A DNA stretch of 64,000 nt from Octopus sinensis (Eukaryota). The first letter of the stretch is position 1. Every line of letters starts with the position of its first letter. The translations under genes were made by a program, and so were the position numbers. A model generated the notes under the pieces. The model had not been told where the DNA came from, made no database searches, and saw only the letters and a list, made by a program, of their open reading frames with translations. The DNA lies in contig NC_043015.1 in the NCBI RefSeq assembly GCF_006345805.1, positions 37,572,001 through 37,636,000 on the forward strand. Reading direction: 5' to 3'. This document shows positions 14,890-28,214 of this stretch, one piece after another.

Positions 14890-15306
14890 GCGTTGTTGTT
14901 GCTGTTCCTCGAATTGTTGTTGCAATTTAGGCTGTTTGTTTTGTTTGCTGTTGCTATAGTTGTTGTTGTATTTGTTTTTGTTGTTGTTGTTCTTCTTCTT
15001 TTCCTTCTTTTTGAGGGAGGGATTTTTATTCATGTGTTATTTGTTATTTATGAGTCTGTTGCTGTTGTTGATCTTGTCGTAGATGACAATGATGATGATG
15101 ATGACGACGACCACGACGATGACGACGATGATGATGATGATGAGGTGGAGGAGGATTATGATGATGATAATGGTGATGTGGATGATCTTAATCAGGGTGA
15201 TAGTGATGACAATGATGGCTATTAATTTTCGCATCAGTTTTGGGCTGAAAATGCAAATGTTTTTGTTATTGCTGTTGCTCTGGCCATTGGACTAGCTGCA
15301 CCTGCT

Positions 15307-15337
<31 letters not shown>

Positions 15338-15351
15338 ATGATGGTGATAAA

Positions 15352-15393
<42 letters not shown>
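14890..15393. repeat. (GTT)n, (GAT)n and (GCT)n trinucleotide field
   Basis: Directly visible imperfect triplet runs. Confidence 0.9.
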
Positions 15394-15394
<1 letters not shown>

Positions 15395-15908
15395 CCGCCT
15401 GATGGTACTTAATTCTACCCTACAACAAGCCCAAGCAATTATCTACCAAGCAATCACGAGACGTTATTGAACCGTACAGTGGCCCAGCTTCAACAAGGGC
15501 CTTGCAACATGGCCCCCACCACTGAAATCTTGTTAGTCAAGTTAAGGAGACGGAAACTGCATGGAATTTAGCCATAATTTGACCCATCCGTCTTCTTGTG
15601 CTGTGTGTTATGCATTTCTCCCGGAGATTTATCGGTGTTTGTGAAATATTTGATCGATTACTCAATAATAATTCCGTTATAATTTAGTAATTAGTTAGAT
15701 GTTTGGTTAAACGAAGAACAGAAAAATCATCAATCGACGCTCTGAGATGTATGTGCGTGTGTGCGTGTGTGTGTGAGAGAGAGTATGTGTGTAATCGTGT
15801 ATGTGTGTCTGTCTCTCTGTGTGATTGTGTTTATGTGTTTAAGTATGAATATTTGGCACCTAAAATTGCTTGGTTATCTCTCTCTTTCTCTCTCCTCCCT
15901 CTTTCTCT

Positions 15909-15966
<58 letters not shown>

Positions 15967-16613
15967 TAAACATATATATTATACATACATAATACATATA
16001 CAATGCATATGTTTATATACACATATATCTACATGCAGAGAGATACACATATATGATGTCCATGTATGTGTATGAATATATATTTGTAGGTGTATAATGT
16101 GAAAATGTGTATATATGTATGCAACTGGTCGTATGTATGTGAACGTATGTGTGAGCGCGTGCGTGTGTGCGTCTGTGTGTTTGTGTGTGTGTATGCGTGC
16201 TTTCAATAATTACTTGAAAATGAAGAAGTTATTTGAAAGCAACACCAGAGTTTGAAACCCATTTCTTTAGCTTTAATCAGTAAATAAACTTCGCTCTGTT
16301 GTACCACAATATAAACTCGTATACAAACGTTACTACAATGAAGCTTACTGAGTTGTTTTTATTTGGTTGTCTTTGCTAACGGGTGAACAGTGGATTTCAC
16401 ACAAATGATGCACACACAAGAAACCATAGTATTCTTATAAGTAGTAACACGCGCAACGCAAACACGCGTTCGCTGGCGGCCATGTGAGAGGCACGAATGC
16501 ACGTGCTCAGAAACACAAACTTACATGCGTAAATATAAGCACACAAATACAGATCTACATATGCAAACACACATGCATATCTAAATATATACACACAACA
16601 TCAGCTTCTCAGT

Positions 16614-16654
<41 letters not shown>

Positions 16655-16687
16655 TATGCATGCATATGCACGTATATATGCAAACAT

Positions 16688-16718
<31 letters not shown>

Positions 16719-16891
16719 TATATATAATATAAATACAAACCATACATATATACGTATGTATGTTTTCTATGTCTGCATATATGTATACATGCACATACAT
16801 ATATTCATATATATTTATATTATATATATGTGTGTGTGCATGTGATGTTTGTTTGTATATATATATATATATAAGTGTATATTATATATAT

Positions 16892-16935
<44 letters not shown>

Positions 16936-17566
16936 TATATATACATAAGTATATATTATATATATATATATGTACATGTACACACATGCATGTTGGTACA
17001 CACACACACAAATATGTGTTAAAAATTATATATACATCTATACATATGCCCATGTATATATGTGTGTATGACACTTTACTAAGCTTCCATGCTAGTCCAT
17101 ATATACAAACGCGTAGCAGCGTCTATGTAGACAGATCCACATGTACACATCCACCCCCAATAATACCTCATTAAGAACACGACTGTATCATAATTTCCAA
17201 ACGAACAGAAAAAAACCCCACATACCGTATATTCCATGCAGTTTTTCCCAATTTATACTCCTGTCAATTTTTGATTACAACAAGCTAACTGAAGACTTCT
17301 TAGAAAAACAGTATCACAATTGCAAAGCAGAAATATATTAAAAATTTAGATCAGAAGCCTGAAAAAATTAGCGCAGAATATTTTTACCAATATGTATTAT
17401 ATTCTTTTTTATCATTATTTTTTTCCAATTTCCTCATTTGATAATTTATCTTGGAGTTCAAAGGGTTAAACAAATTGTACGATAGCTTTTGCATTAGGCT
17501 GCTTTAATGTTTGGTTTACAGAAATAGAGGAAAAAATAACAATAATTTCTTGGTAAAGTTTGTGTT

Positions 17567-17752
17567 CATTTATATTACAACCTAACCAATCCGTATAGGT
17601 GGCGCTAATGCTTTAAAGAAAAATAAAACGGCAGATTGTTAACATGTGACTAAACATGTAGGATAAATATGTGATTGGATGATTGGATGTCAGTTGCAAG
17701 AAACATTCTTACTTCGGTACATGTGGTACGTTAAGTGTCGGTTACCAAAGGC

Positions 17753-17783
<31 letters not shown>

Positions 17784-17891
17784 GCATACACAGTTAATTT
17801 TCTTTGTATATATCTATATGCAGAATCATAGGTATCTGCAGAGTGATTATGTGTCTCTCTGTCTATCCTCTACGTATATGTATATATATGT

Positions 17892-17924
<33 letters not shown>

Positions 17925-18249
17925 ATATACATTATATACATATACGTAGAGGATAGACAGAGAGACACATAACACTCCTGCAGATACCTATGATTCTGCA
18001 TATAGAATATACACAGAAATTAACTGTGTACATATATTATATATATATATATATCTATATATGCCTTTGGTAACCGACACTTAACGTACCCACATGTACC
18101 GAAGTAAGAATGTTTCTTGCAACTGACATCCAATCATCCAATCACATATTTATCCTACATGTTTAGTCACATGTTAACAATCTGCCGTTTAATTTTTCTT
18201 TAAAGCATTAGCGCCACCTATACGGATTGGTTAGGTTGTAATATAAATG
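17567..18249. repeat. ~680-bp fold-back palindrome centred on (TA)n
   Basis: 17567-17890 is the reverse complement of about 17925-18249. Example: ccaatccgtataggtggcgctaatgctttaaag versus ctttaaagcattagcgccacctatacggattgg. Confidence 0.97.
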
Positions 18250-18260
18250 GTTAGGTTGTA

Positions 18261-18299
<39 letters not shown>

Positions 18300-18542
18300 A
18301 GATAAGAAAATGGAGAAATACATCTAAATCAAATATCAATTACCAGATAATACTCAATCACATACTTTATTAAACCACCACATAAGAGACTGTAGGGTTA
18401 AACATAAAAAAGCATAACAAATCAGTGTACATAAAGGGATATACATAAAAAAGTGTACATAAAAGAGTAATGTTGTATAATAAGTAGAATATATATAAAA
18501 AAGAGAATATAAATATAAGTAAATATAAATATAAGTATAGAT

Positions 18543-18675
18543 TACATCTTACAGCTGTTTCGGTCATGTAGATATGTATGTCTCATTTTACCAATATTAG
18601 CCTTTTATGGTAGGTCAATATATAGATATAAATGAGACATTTACAAAAATATCATAAGGCCTCATCGGAGATATA
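18543..18675 (-). ncRNA. Type-I hammerhead ribozyme motif (U4C variant, long stem II)
   Basis: Minus strand reads UAUAUCU CCGAUGA GGCC...AUGUCUCAUUU...AAAUGAGACAU...CAUGACC GAAA CAGCU GUA AGAUGUA. Stem I is 7 bp and stem III is the palindrome ACAGCUGU. Confidence 0.72.
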
Positions 18676-19664
18676 CACATACATATGAGTGCATATACTC
18701 ACACTCCTATACACATAAAAATATACATATACATAATAATGTAAATAAATAATATAAATTAGTAAACATATATATGTTCCATACTCAACGTTTCAGTTCT
18801 TCAACTTAATATTGTAATAATAAACATACACATATTAGCACCTAGATGCAAATATACATAGTCAATAGTACATTATATTACTTCCTACTAATTTCCAAAG
18901 TGTCATTAAAGTTAGCATCATTATCGTTGTCAATACCATTAATGCTACCATTATTATCATACATAATATTATTAATAACGCTTACATTAGGATCCGAAGT
19001 GGCACATATGTATGTCTGGGTTCCAGTTAGTAATTTTCCTTATGACATAATTGTACTATTGGCTTTGAATTTAAATTATCAATGTCTACCTCATGGTTGG
19101 TCCGTTGAGAGCCGCCCGACCTCCACCTCCACCCACCGCACAAGAAAAACATCCACATCCACATCCAACCCTAAAAAAAACCCACACGTCCACATAAAAA
19201 CCCACACACAACATGCACACCAACATGAATACAACACCCGACACATCCCTACACATTCACTAGATTGCAGAGTGCATGTCTGTCATCGCATGGCTTATAG
19301 ACAAATCAAAAAAAGGAGCAGTGTCTATACACTAACACACACACTCACACGCACATCCGCATATACTCATAAATATTAATACACTCTCATATAATGTATC
19401 AGAGAACATTCGCACACAATGTATAAGAAAAACATACATCCGTACATCCACCCACGAACATACCTATACGTACAAAAACATACATACGTACACATACACA
19501 TTTTCACACACCTCGACACCTCAACCCATATATACAGTAAATGAATTGATTGCATCGCAATCCTTAACATTTATGTATTAACTTTGTTGGGTACTTCACT
19601 AGCAGTATTTGGATATATGTTATCCCATGGAGGGTTGCATTTACAACACCTATCTCAATTTGTA

Positions 19665-19729
<65 letters not shown>

Positions 19730-20359
19730 CACATATATATATATACAGACATATAGCAATATATACATAAAGAATGCATTTCTGCACACAAAAGATATGT
19801 GCCTGTCTGTCTGTCTACTGTATGTATGTATGCATGTATGTATGTGTGTATTGTGTGTATGTGTGCGCGTATTTGCATATAAACTACAGAAGTGTATATA
19901 TATATACACATATATATATATATATATATTATATAATTACATACATAATTATAACAAGGGCTTGGCTATGTGCTTCACCACGTGCCAAAAAATGGACTTC
20001 AAAATACAGTATTACCACCATAAATACACCGAGAATAACACACTACATAATGGGCTAGCAATCGAAAGAAAATGAATTAAAACTTTCGTTTAACCGCATT
20101 CAAGATCCTGTTTCCAGCTTAAAGTTTTAAAAAATATTACCTATTTTTATCATCGGGACGGTATTCCATAGCGTAACTTCAGGAGTATCCATGAATATAT
20201 GAACGAGGTACGACTTCGCTCAACGAATATCCATATACACTCGTAGAAATAAACTGCAAAGCAGAAAGACGACCGTCGTTTACAAACACATATCTATCTA
20301 TCTATCTATCTATCTATCTCTATACACATATATGTACATGGGGGGGGAAATCGTTTGTG

Positions 20360-20550
20360 ATTGTGCCTTTGTGATTGTCCAGTACCATTGCTTGACAATC
20401 GGTGTTGATGTGTGTAAGTCCCTGTAACCGATAGATTAAGTATCCAGCTTTAAAAGTCCACAATCGCTATAGTCGACTCCTTCGACTAAAAAATCTTGAC
20501 GGCGATGCTCCAGCATGTCCGAAGTGTAATGACTGAAAAATATAAAAGAA
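20360..20550 (+). mobile_element. SINE group B, degenerate 3' half
   Basis: accattgcttgacaatcggtgttgatgtg...ggcgatgctccagcatgtccgaagt...gactgaaaaa matches other group B copies. Confidence 0.7.
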
Positions 20551-20820
20551 GAAAGTGAAAAGCTTCTCTCTTCTGTTCCATTTGACTTAACTCAAAGATT
20601 TGCGATTGATTTCGTCTCTACTCTTTTCCGTTCAGAATTATTTAACATCCATGCCTTCCCTATCAATGTCGTGTGTTGAATCTACCTACCTTTGATATTG
20701 AACTCACAAGCCTCTAATCTATTTTGGGTATACGCTCACATCTATCATAACATCATCGATTACGAAATTAATAATTTTATCCATCGATAATTCATTGATT
20801 AAATGGTTGAACGATTGACT

Positions 20821-20920
20821 NNNNNNNNNNNNNNNNNNNNNNNNNNNNNNNNNNNNNNNNNNNNNNNNNNNNNNNNNNNNNNNNNNNNNNNNNNNNNNNN
20901 NNNNNNNNNNNNNNNNNNNN
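20821..20920. other. Assembly gap of 100 N
   Basis: Exactly 100 n, typical of a placeholder join of unknown size; adjacency across it is not guaranteed. Confidence 0.99.
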
Positions 20921-22858
20921 GGTGTCAATGGCAGAGATAATAGGTTCCTTTCTAACTGTCTTCAGTTCGGTTTAGTCAAATTATATGCGTCCGTAGCTAA
21001 ATCCCTTCGATACAACCTTTCTGAATACGGTGGAAGTTTTATTCTAATTATGAGTCAACCATTAATGGTATTCTGCACGCCAGAGAATCTTTGTTAGCCA
21101 AAGATAATTCTTTTCGGGTTAAACGTAGTGGACTGTCATTGTTTGATCTCGCCGTAGCACTTCAGACAGGTGAGTGTTTTGTGAACTGAAAGGATTGTAT
21201 AATTTAGATTTACTTCAAAAGAAACTCTACTTCGCAGAGTTTAGTGTTTACCTTGATGATGTACTATTCATATTAAGAAGTATGGATACTCAACAACCGA
21301 TGCTGTTGAGAATAAATTTATCAGCAGAGTCAGGGAGCGAGATTTAACGATCAAAGTTAACACAGACATAAATATAGTAAATTTATTATATACGACTCTG
21401 TCTTTAGATATATGTAAACGCTGACATTTTAGTAAACCTAACGAGAAATTGCTGTATATTATGTATTCCAATCATCCCACATGAATCATACAAATCTCAG
21501 TTAATAATATTAGTTATCTCGTATGGATCATAGCTTCTGACAAGAAACCATTTAACCGTGTTGCTCATTATTATAATAAGCATAGAGAGGCAGAAACTTC
21601 AGCAACACAATATTTTACATACAGAATAACAATATCACGCCCAGACGCAAATCAAAGAAAATATTATTTTTGTATGCGTTCTAAGGTTTAAGGCTTCGTA
21701 GAGGTATTACCGGGTTTTTTTCCCCTTTGCATTGGCATCGTACAAGGTGTCTAATGGTGCTGTTGTCATAAGAAATTGAATTAAAATATGTTCAAAGGAG
21801 ATATATTGAGACCAAATATTTTGCTGCAACCATTATCAGTATAATAGGAAGATAACGATCTTCCAGAATGAAGGCGCAAACCATCTTCTGTATAAAATGG
21901 CAACACCCTTGGCCCATTCTGCCCCATAGCATATGTCTTTCTAAAACATTGGTTTATCTAACTAAAAATCTCCCTTTGAGACAACTCTTAAATCGAAAAG
22001 TTAGGGAGCTTGCACTGAATATGAATGCAGTAGTATATTTCATCCATTGACACATTCTGAAGCATACTGCTTCACTCTCTAAATATATCAGGAATTTAAA
22101 AGAAGATATAACAGCACAGGTGTGATCGACTTATTCATTATGTAACACCTGTCATCCTATATAAACCTTATAGTAACGTCTATTCCAGATATTTCCACCT
22201 CTGGATCTCCGACTAAACATATTCAGTATTATTACTTTATTGAAATGATCGGACTTGTTTGATACATACAGACAGCTATCATAATTTATAAGAAAATAGA
22301 ATTTCTATACTCAGAAAGAAGGAAATTCTTTCTTTTCTTAAACCTTCATCAACCAAGGAGTTTCATCTGATGAAGAATCGTCTTCGCACGACTCAATGCC
22401 AACGTGAAAACAAAATATTATGCATGGAAATACTCGGAATATCACATTGTAAGGAATAATAGAATATTTACTGATTTTTTTGCTGTATTTTGCAATCAGT
22501 GAAATTTTCATATCAGTTGATTATTTGAAATGTCCGCCAATACCTTTGCTTATCTATCCATCCAAACGTTGCTTTTTATTTTAATTCATTGTTTTGACGA
22601 AACGTAATATTAAAACAAGTAGGCAAGATTCAAGAAGTCTTCGCCTAGCGATTTCATTTGTCTAAGTATGTCCCTCTGTCTCTCTGTATGTAGGTATGTG
22701 GGTAGCTAGGTAGGAATGTAGGTATGTTGATAGACAGCTATATATCTATCGATTGCTCAGTCTAATTATCTATATATATAAATCTGTGTACGTGTGCGTA
22801 TATATAACTGTTTATATATATGTGTGTGTGTTTACATTCTATGTCTATTAAACTATTC

Positions 22859-22908
<50 letters not shown>

Positions 22909-23061
22909 CTCCCTTTAACTCGCTTTCTTCTTTAATTTCTCTCTCGCACCATATATATATATATGTGTGTGAGTGTATGTGTGTTGTGTGTATAAACTAA
23001 TATAGACATACATATATGTATATACGAATGTTTGCTTTACGTATGTGACTGTGTATCTGTG

Positions 23062-23132
<71 letters not shown>

Positions 23133-23290
23133 GTATATACACACATACCCACACTCACCCATACATTATGTGTGCACAAGAAGGAGATAAATATCGATCT
23201 TGTTACCTGTCAATTTGATCCTCTCACATCACTCATTTCTCATTTTCTTGCAGTCAATATTTATTCATTTCCATTCCCCTCCTCTCCAAC

Positions 23291-23354
<64 letters not shown>

Positions 23355-23627
23355 ATTTCCAAAAACTATTTACCCTGTCCTATCTATTTATCTACTTAAA
23401 CAAAACTCCCTGTTCGATAAAGCAACTACTTTTCCCCACAAGTGACAGTTCAACCTACTTACTCCCTCCCCTCCGTGGTTGTCACAATTCTTTCGAAGAC
23501 GTATATTTATTTTAAGTAGATCGCTCTACCAGCTACAGCCACTCCATTTTCTACATCCGTTTCTTGATTCTTCTGCTAGATTCTAAACCATTTATCAGTG
23601 AAAGCTATCGATTATATACATACGTAC

Positions 23628-23660
<33 letters not shown>

Positions 23661-23667
23661 CTCTCTC

Positions 23668-24022
23668 TCTTTTACTCTTTTACTTGTTTCAGTCATTTGA
23701 CTGCGGCCATGCTGGAGCACCACCTTTTAGTACTTATTTTATCGGTCTCTTTTTGCCGAACCGCTAAGTGACGGGGACCTAAACACACCAGCATCGGTTG
23801 TCAAGCAATGCTAGGGGGACAAACACAGACACACAAACACATACACACATATACATATATATACATATATACGACAGGCTTCTTTCAGTTTCCGTCTACC
23901 AAATCCACTCACAAGGCATTGGTCGGCCCGGGGCTATAGCAGAAGACACTTGCCCAAGATGCCACGCAGTGGGACTGAACCCGCAACCGTGTGGTTGGTT
24001 AGCAAGCTACTTACCACACAGC

Positions 24023-24025
<3 letters not shown>
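23668..24025 (-). mobile_element. SINE group B, near full length, with internal (CA)/(TA) microsatellite
   Basis: Reverse complement gives gtggctgtgtggtaagtagcttgct...gggttcagtccc...ttgggcaagtgtcttc and a 3' end gctccagcatggccgcagtcaaatgactgaaacaagtaaaagag. Confidence 0.92.
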
Positions 24026-24070
<45 letters not shown>

Positions 24071-25005
24071 CACACACACACGCACATATATATATTATTT
24101 TAAAGGAAATTTCCTCCGTGTTGGAGGTAAACAACTTGCAGGCTTTCATTTATTATTCTGTAGATGGAATCGAACGTGAATTGTTTATTAGCAAACTTTG
24201 ATTGATGTTTAAATTAATTAGCGCATAATTATCGTTTTTTTTCTTATAATTATAATACGAATAATTTTTTCCTTCTCAGTTCAGTTGCTACGTGTTTACA
24301 TAGGCCTATAACACCTGGTACTTGGTTTATAGATAAGAGACTTTTAGGGAATGGATAAGCAGTTATTGACTCTCATTTTCAATTTGAGCGTTGTCAGGCA
24401 CTTTCTTACAGACACTGTCTTTTTAATCGGGGATAAAATAATTTATTGGTGATGGTCTCACTCGTCTACTGGCTGTCATCACCTCAGTATGTGTGTAATG
24501 GAAAGAGAGAGAGAGAGGGAGAGAGAGAGAAGTTGGAGAGTCTCGAATCATCCCGTTTTTGAAAGTTTCACCTGTTGTAACACTGTGAAAATATGTCACC
24601 CATGGCCTTGGTTATGCAAAAATAAGTTATTTTCCATATATTACATGCGAATCCCAGGAAGAAAATCACCGGTTTTATTAAATATCAATTCTATACGCGT
24701 CTGTTTTTGATTGAATTATCCCATGTCCAAAGTATTATTTTTATTCTTCCTTTTGCAAGTTACGTTTGCAAAACATGGAATGGGTTCGTCATCCAACTTT
24801 CTCTCTCCATTTTCATTTGATAATGTTCTAAATAGATTTCTTAAGCCAAGCAAACCGCTGGGATCCCTAGGAGTAGGTCGAAATCGAGATGGTTCAATAA
24901 TACGCATAGACTCTGTTTGTCACTCGCCTTTAGGAATTCAGCTCCAAACTGTAATGATGGTCGCTTCAGAGAGGATCCTAAGGGGCAGGTAACTCAAGAC
25001 GACTA

Positions 25006-25098
25006 AACTACAACAATCCTCCCAGGTATAAGAGGTGGAGGAAATGGATGGATGATATATGTGCATTAGTTTATACCTGGGCATTGTTTGATGTAGTT
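25006..25098. other. Imperfect inverted repeat (hairpin)
   Basis: aactacaacaatcctcccaggtataa pairs with ttatacctgggcattgtttgatgtagtt around a loop of about 39 nt. Confidence 0.75.
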
Positions 25099-25544
25099 GT
25101 TCCTGGAACTCCCTTCTCTAATAATCTCCTCGGGGGAATTGTAAACATCTTTACTCCCAAATTGCAAATAGTTTATCGCAAAAAGGTTTCTATTTACTTA
25201 CTATTCGTTTCGTATTACCTGCGTATTGTTGAGTAGTCGTGATTAAAAATATGGAAAGACAGTCATTTTCAATATAAGGATTTTAGTAGACGTTCCGTGC
25301 CCTATTTCATAAGACAATGTAAAAAAAGTACAATTTGTTTTATTGTTTTGGAGTACTTTCTCCATGAACAGAACACAATGTCTGAATACACTTTGTATGA
25401 AAATATCCTAAAAACTTTTGCTTTTGTTCTCTTCCCTTTTGTTTCTTTTCTTTCTTTTTTGTTTTCTTTTTCGTACACGATAAAATCTATTTCTAAATAC
25501 AGACATTAAAAACTGATCAGATAATTATAGAATAATAAATGTTC

Positions 25545-25670
25545 CTGAATTTGTCACAAGGTGTGGGGGTTAAGTCGATTACATGACCTACAGTGCTCCA
25601 GCTGGTGCTTATTTTATCGACCCTGAAAGAATGGAAAGTAAAGTCTATCTCGGCAGAAGACGAACTCAGC
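25545..25670 (-). mobile_element. SINE group A, degenerate
   Basis: ctggtgcttattttatcgaccctgaaagaatggaaagtaaagtc is the reverse complement of the group A central domain. Confidence 0.8.
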
Positions 25671-25739
25671 CTGTAAAGATGGCTTATGATTTTACCATAT
25701 CGCCGATTTGATAATGATTATAACAGTAATAACAACAGT

Positions 25740-25774
<35 letters not shown>

Positions 25775-25818
25775 AACAACAACAATAACAACAACAACAA
25801 TAATAATAATAATAATAA

Positions 25819-26665
25819 TTCAGATTTTAGAAGAGCGGAAGATGAAAAGATTTTAGATGAATTGAAGACAACAACTTAAGTGAGGAAGATCAGATTTTAG
25901 ATGAGTTAAAATAAGTTATGAGTAAAGAAGAAAGAAAAAAGATTACAAGCATTAAAAGGCGTTCGTTAATGAGTAAAGTGTTAAGAAGAAAGTCGAATTG
26001 GAAGGGCCCAGGACCAAATTTACTACAAGGGTACTGTCTAAAGAAATTTAGAAACTTACATGGGAGGCTGAGAGAACAATTTCAGGGTTGCGTGAATGGA
26101 GGAGTTGTACCAAATTTGATGACCAGAGGGAGAGCAGTAGTCCTTATGAAAAACCAAAACAAGGGCAATATAAATATTATTAATAGACCAATCACGATAA
26201 TCACGTGCATCTACTTTCAGAAGAACAGCAAGGCTGCACGATGAGGGCTGGAGGAACATATGATCTATTACACATAGACAAAGCAGTTCTAAAGAAAGTG
26301 AAATCAGCGAAGAGAAATTTAGCAGTAGCATGGATAGATTATAAGAGAGCCTATGATTCATGGATATGTGAATGTTTGGAAATATTCAGTATTGCAGACA
26401 AAATAAGGCAGCTGATTAGCCATAGCACGAAGAAATGGAAAGAATGGGAAGTAGATCTCTACTCAGGTGATACAGTCTTAAAGAAAGTCATTATCAAGAG
26501 AGGAATTTTCGAAAGAGTCTCGTTATCCATTTTAGTATTTGTGTTATGTGTAATCTCACTCAGTTTAGTATCAAAAAAGACAAAGGCAGAGTTCCATTTT
26601 AGGGATAATGGAAAATTTAACCATTTGCTCTACGCGGATGATCTGAAGATTTTAGTTAGAATTTA
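25819..26665 (+). mobile_element. Non-LTR retrotransposon reverse transcriptase remnant, R4/Dong-like (frameshifted, internally deleted)
   Basis: Motifs in order: NWKGPGPNLLQGY, EEQQGC, NLAVAWIDYKRAYDS, KRGIFERVSLS, NHLLYADDLK. These fit the R4/Dong pattern WIDYKKAYDS / RGIFQGDSLS / HLLYMDDLK. Confidence 0.85.
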
Positions 26666-26884
26666 AAAAATAGATTCCTTCATATAAACTAACAATAATA
26701 TCTTCAACAATGTATATCCCGTCAGAATGAACATTGGGGCAAAATGTACGAAAACCAACACACCCATCATGACTACGCGTCCGGTAAGGGTACACCAGGT
26801 ACATGCAGCACAACCATATGATAAACAGCGCATGATCTTGCAGGTGAAGCATCTATTATCATTATTATTATTATTGTTGTTGTT

Positions 26885-27097
26885 AAGGCAACGAGATGGC
26901 AGAATCGCTAGCAAGCCCGGTGAAATGTTTAGCAGTGTTTTTCCCTGTTGCTATGTTCTCAGTTCAAATTCCGCTGAAGTCGACTTTGCCTTTCATACTT
27001 TCAGGATCGATAAATTAAGTACCAGTTAAACACTAGGGTCGAGTAGTCGACTCATCCCCACCTCCCACGAGCTGCCCTTGTGGTAAAAATTTGAAAT
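26885..27097 (+). mobile_element. SINE group A, full length
   Basis: ggcaacgagatggcagaatcgctagc head, GTTCAAATTCC box and central domain; ends in an (ATT)n tail. Confidence 0.88.
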
Positions 27098-27180
27098 AAT
27101 AATGATTATTATTATTATTATTATTATAATTATTATTATTAATTATTATTATCAGTATTATTATTATTATTATTATTATC

Positions 27181-27220
<40 letters not shown>

Positions 27221-27225
27221 TATCA

Positions 27226-27265
<40 letters not shown>

Positions 27266-27421
27266 TATTATTATTATTTTATTTTATTATTATTATTATT
27301 TCATTATTATTATTATTTCATATTATTATTATTATTATTATTATTAGAAGAAAGAAGAAGAAGAAGAAGAAGAAGAAGAAGAAGAAGAAGAAGAAGAAGA
27401 AGAAGAAGAAGAAGAAGAAGA
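27098..27421. repeat. (ATT)n followed by (GAA)n
   Basis: Directly visible. Confidence 0.98.
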
Positions 27422-27827
27422 ATTCTTGATGTTCTATGCTATCTCCGCCATTTTCCTCTAGCTAATTGACAATACATCATAGTAGAAGTAATGTGAATGC
27501 AATTGGTAGAGACAAGTCGAAAGAAAACTCGTTAAAACAGAAATAAAGTCCTCACTTATCACCGGGTTTTGTTCTGTGATTAGCAAAATCCATCAATTTT
27601 TCCAGAACCTGTTGCGAACAACAGCATAGAACGCGGGAGAGAAATGACAACAAGTGATTCTATCTCATTTTTGCATTGTTTTCTGCTATGATGTTTGACA
27701 TACCACAACATGACAAAATCGGACGTAGTAGTAAACAGATGGAATTACAATGTTGAGTCCTTTCACGTTATTTTTCTTTTCTTTCTTTCTTTGTTTTTTT
27801 TATTTATTTATCTATCATTTATCATAG

Positions 27828-28200
27828 ACATGGGGATGGCTGCGTGGAGAAAATGTCTGCTTCTCATCCACTTAGTTCCTGGTTCAATCACAGTGCGGGC
27901 CACAAAGACAGAATGTTTTCTACCATAGTCTGGGGCCGACCAAAGCCCTGTGAGTGAATTTAGTAGACGGAAACTGAATGCAGTCTGCTTGTGTGTGTCT
28001 GTCTGTCTGTCTATCTGTTTCTCCTCCACCACCCTTTGAGAGCCGGTGTTGGTGTGTTTATCCCCCCGTAACATAACGGTTCGGCAACAGACTTCAATAG
28101 AATAAAAACCAGGCTTAAGCGGATAAATATTCGTTCGACTAAAGTACTTCAAGGCGTTGCTCCAGCATCGCCGCATTCACATGACTGAAACATAAAATGA
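27828..28200 (+). mobile_element. SINE group B, full length, diverged
   Basis: Colinear with the reverse complement of 23668-24025: head, ggggccgaccaaagccc, TG tract, gctccagcat...gactgaaac. Confidence 0.85.
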
Positions 28201-28214
28201 TAAACGCTAAACGA

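Noticed and set aside
21025-21176. Coding exon ending at the consensus donor CAG|gtgagt
   Set aside because: No good acceptor in the open frame and no recognisable peptide; it could only be a non-coding exon.
21700-22400. Possible decayed piggyBac or other DDE transposase on the minus strand
   Set aside because: Only a YTDN-like word and an acidic patch; the catalytic motifs could not be assembled in order.
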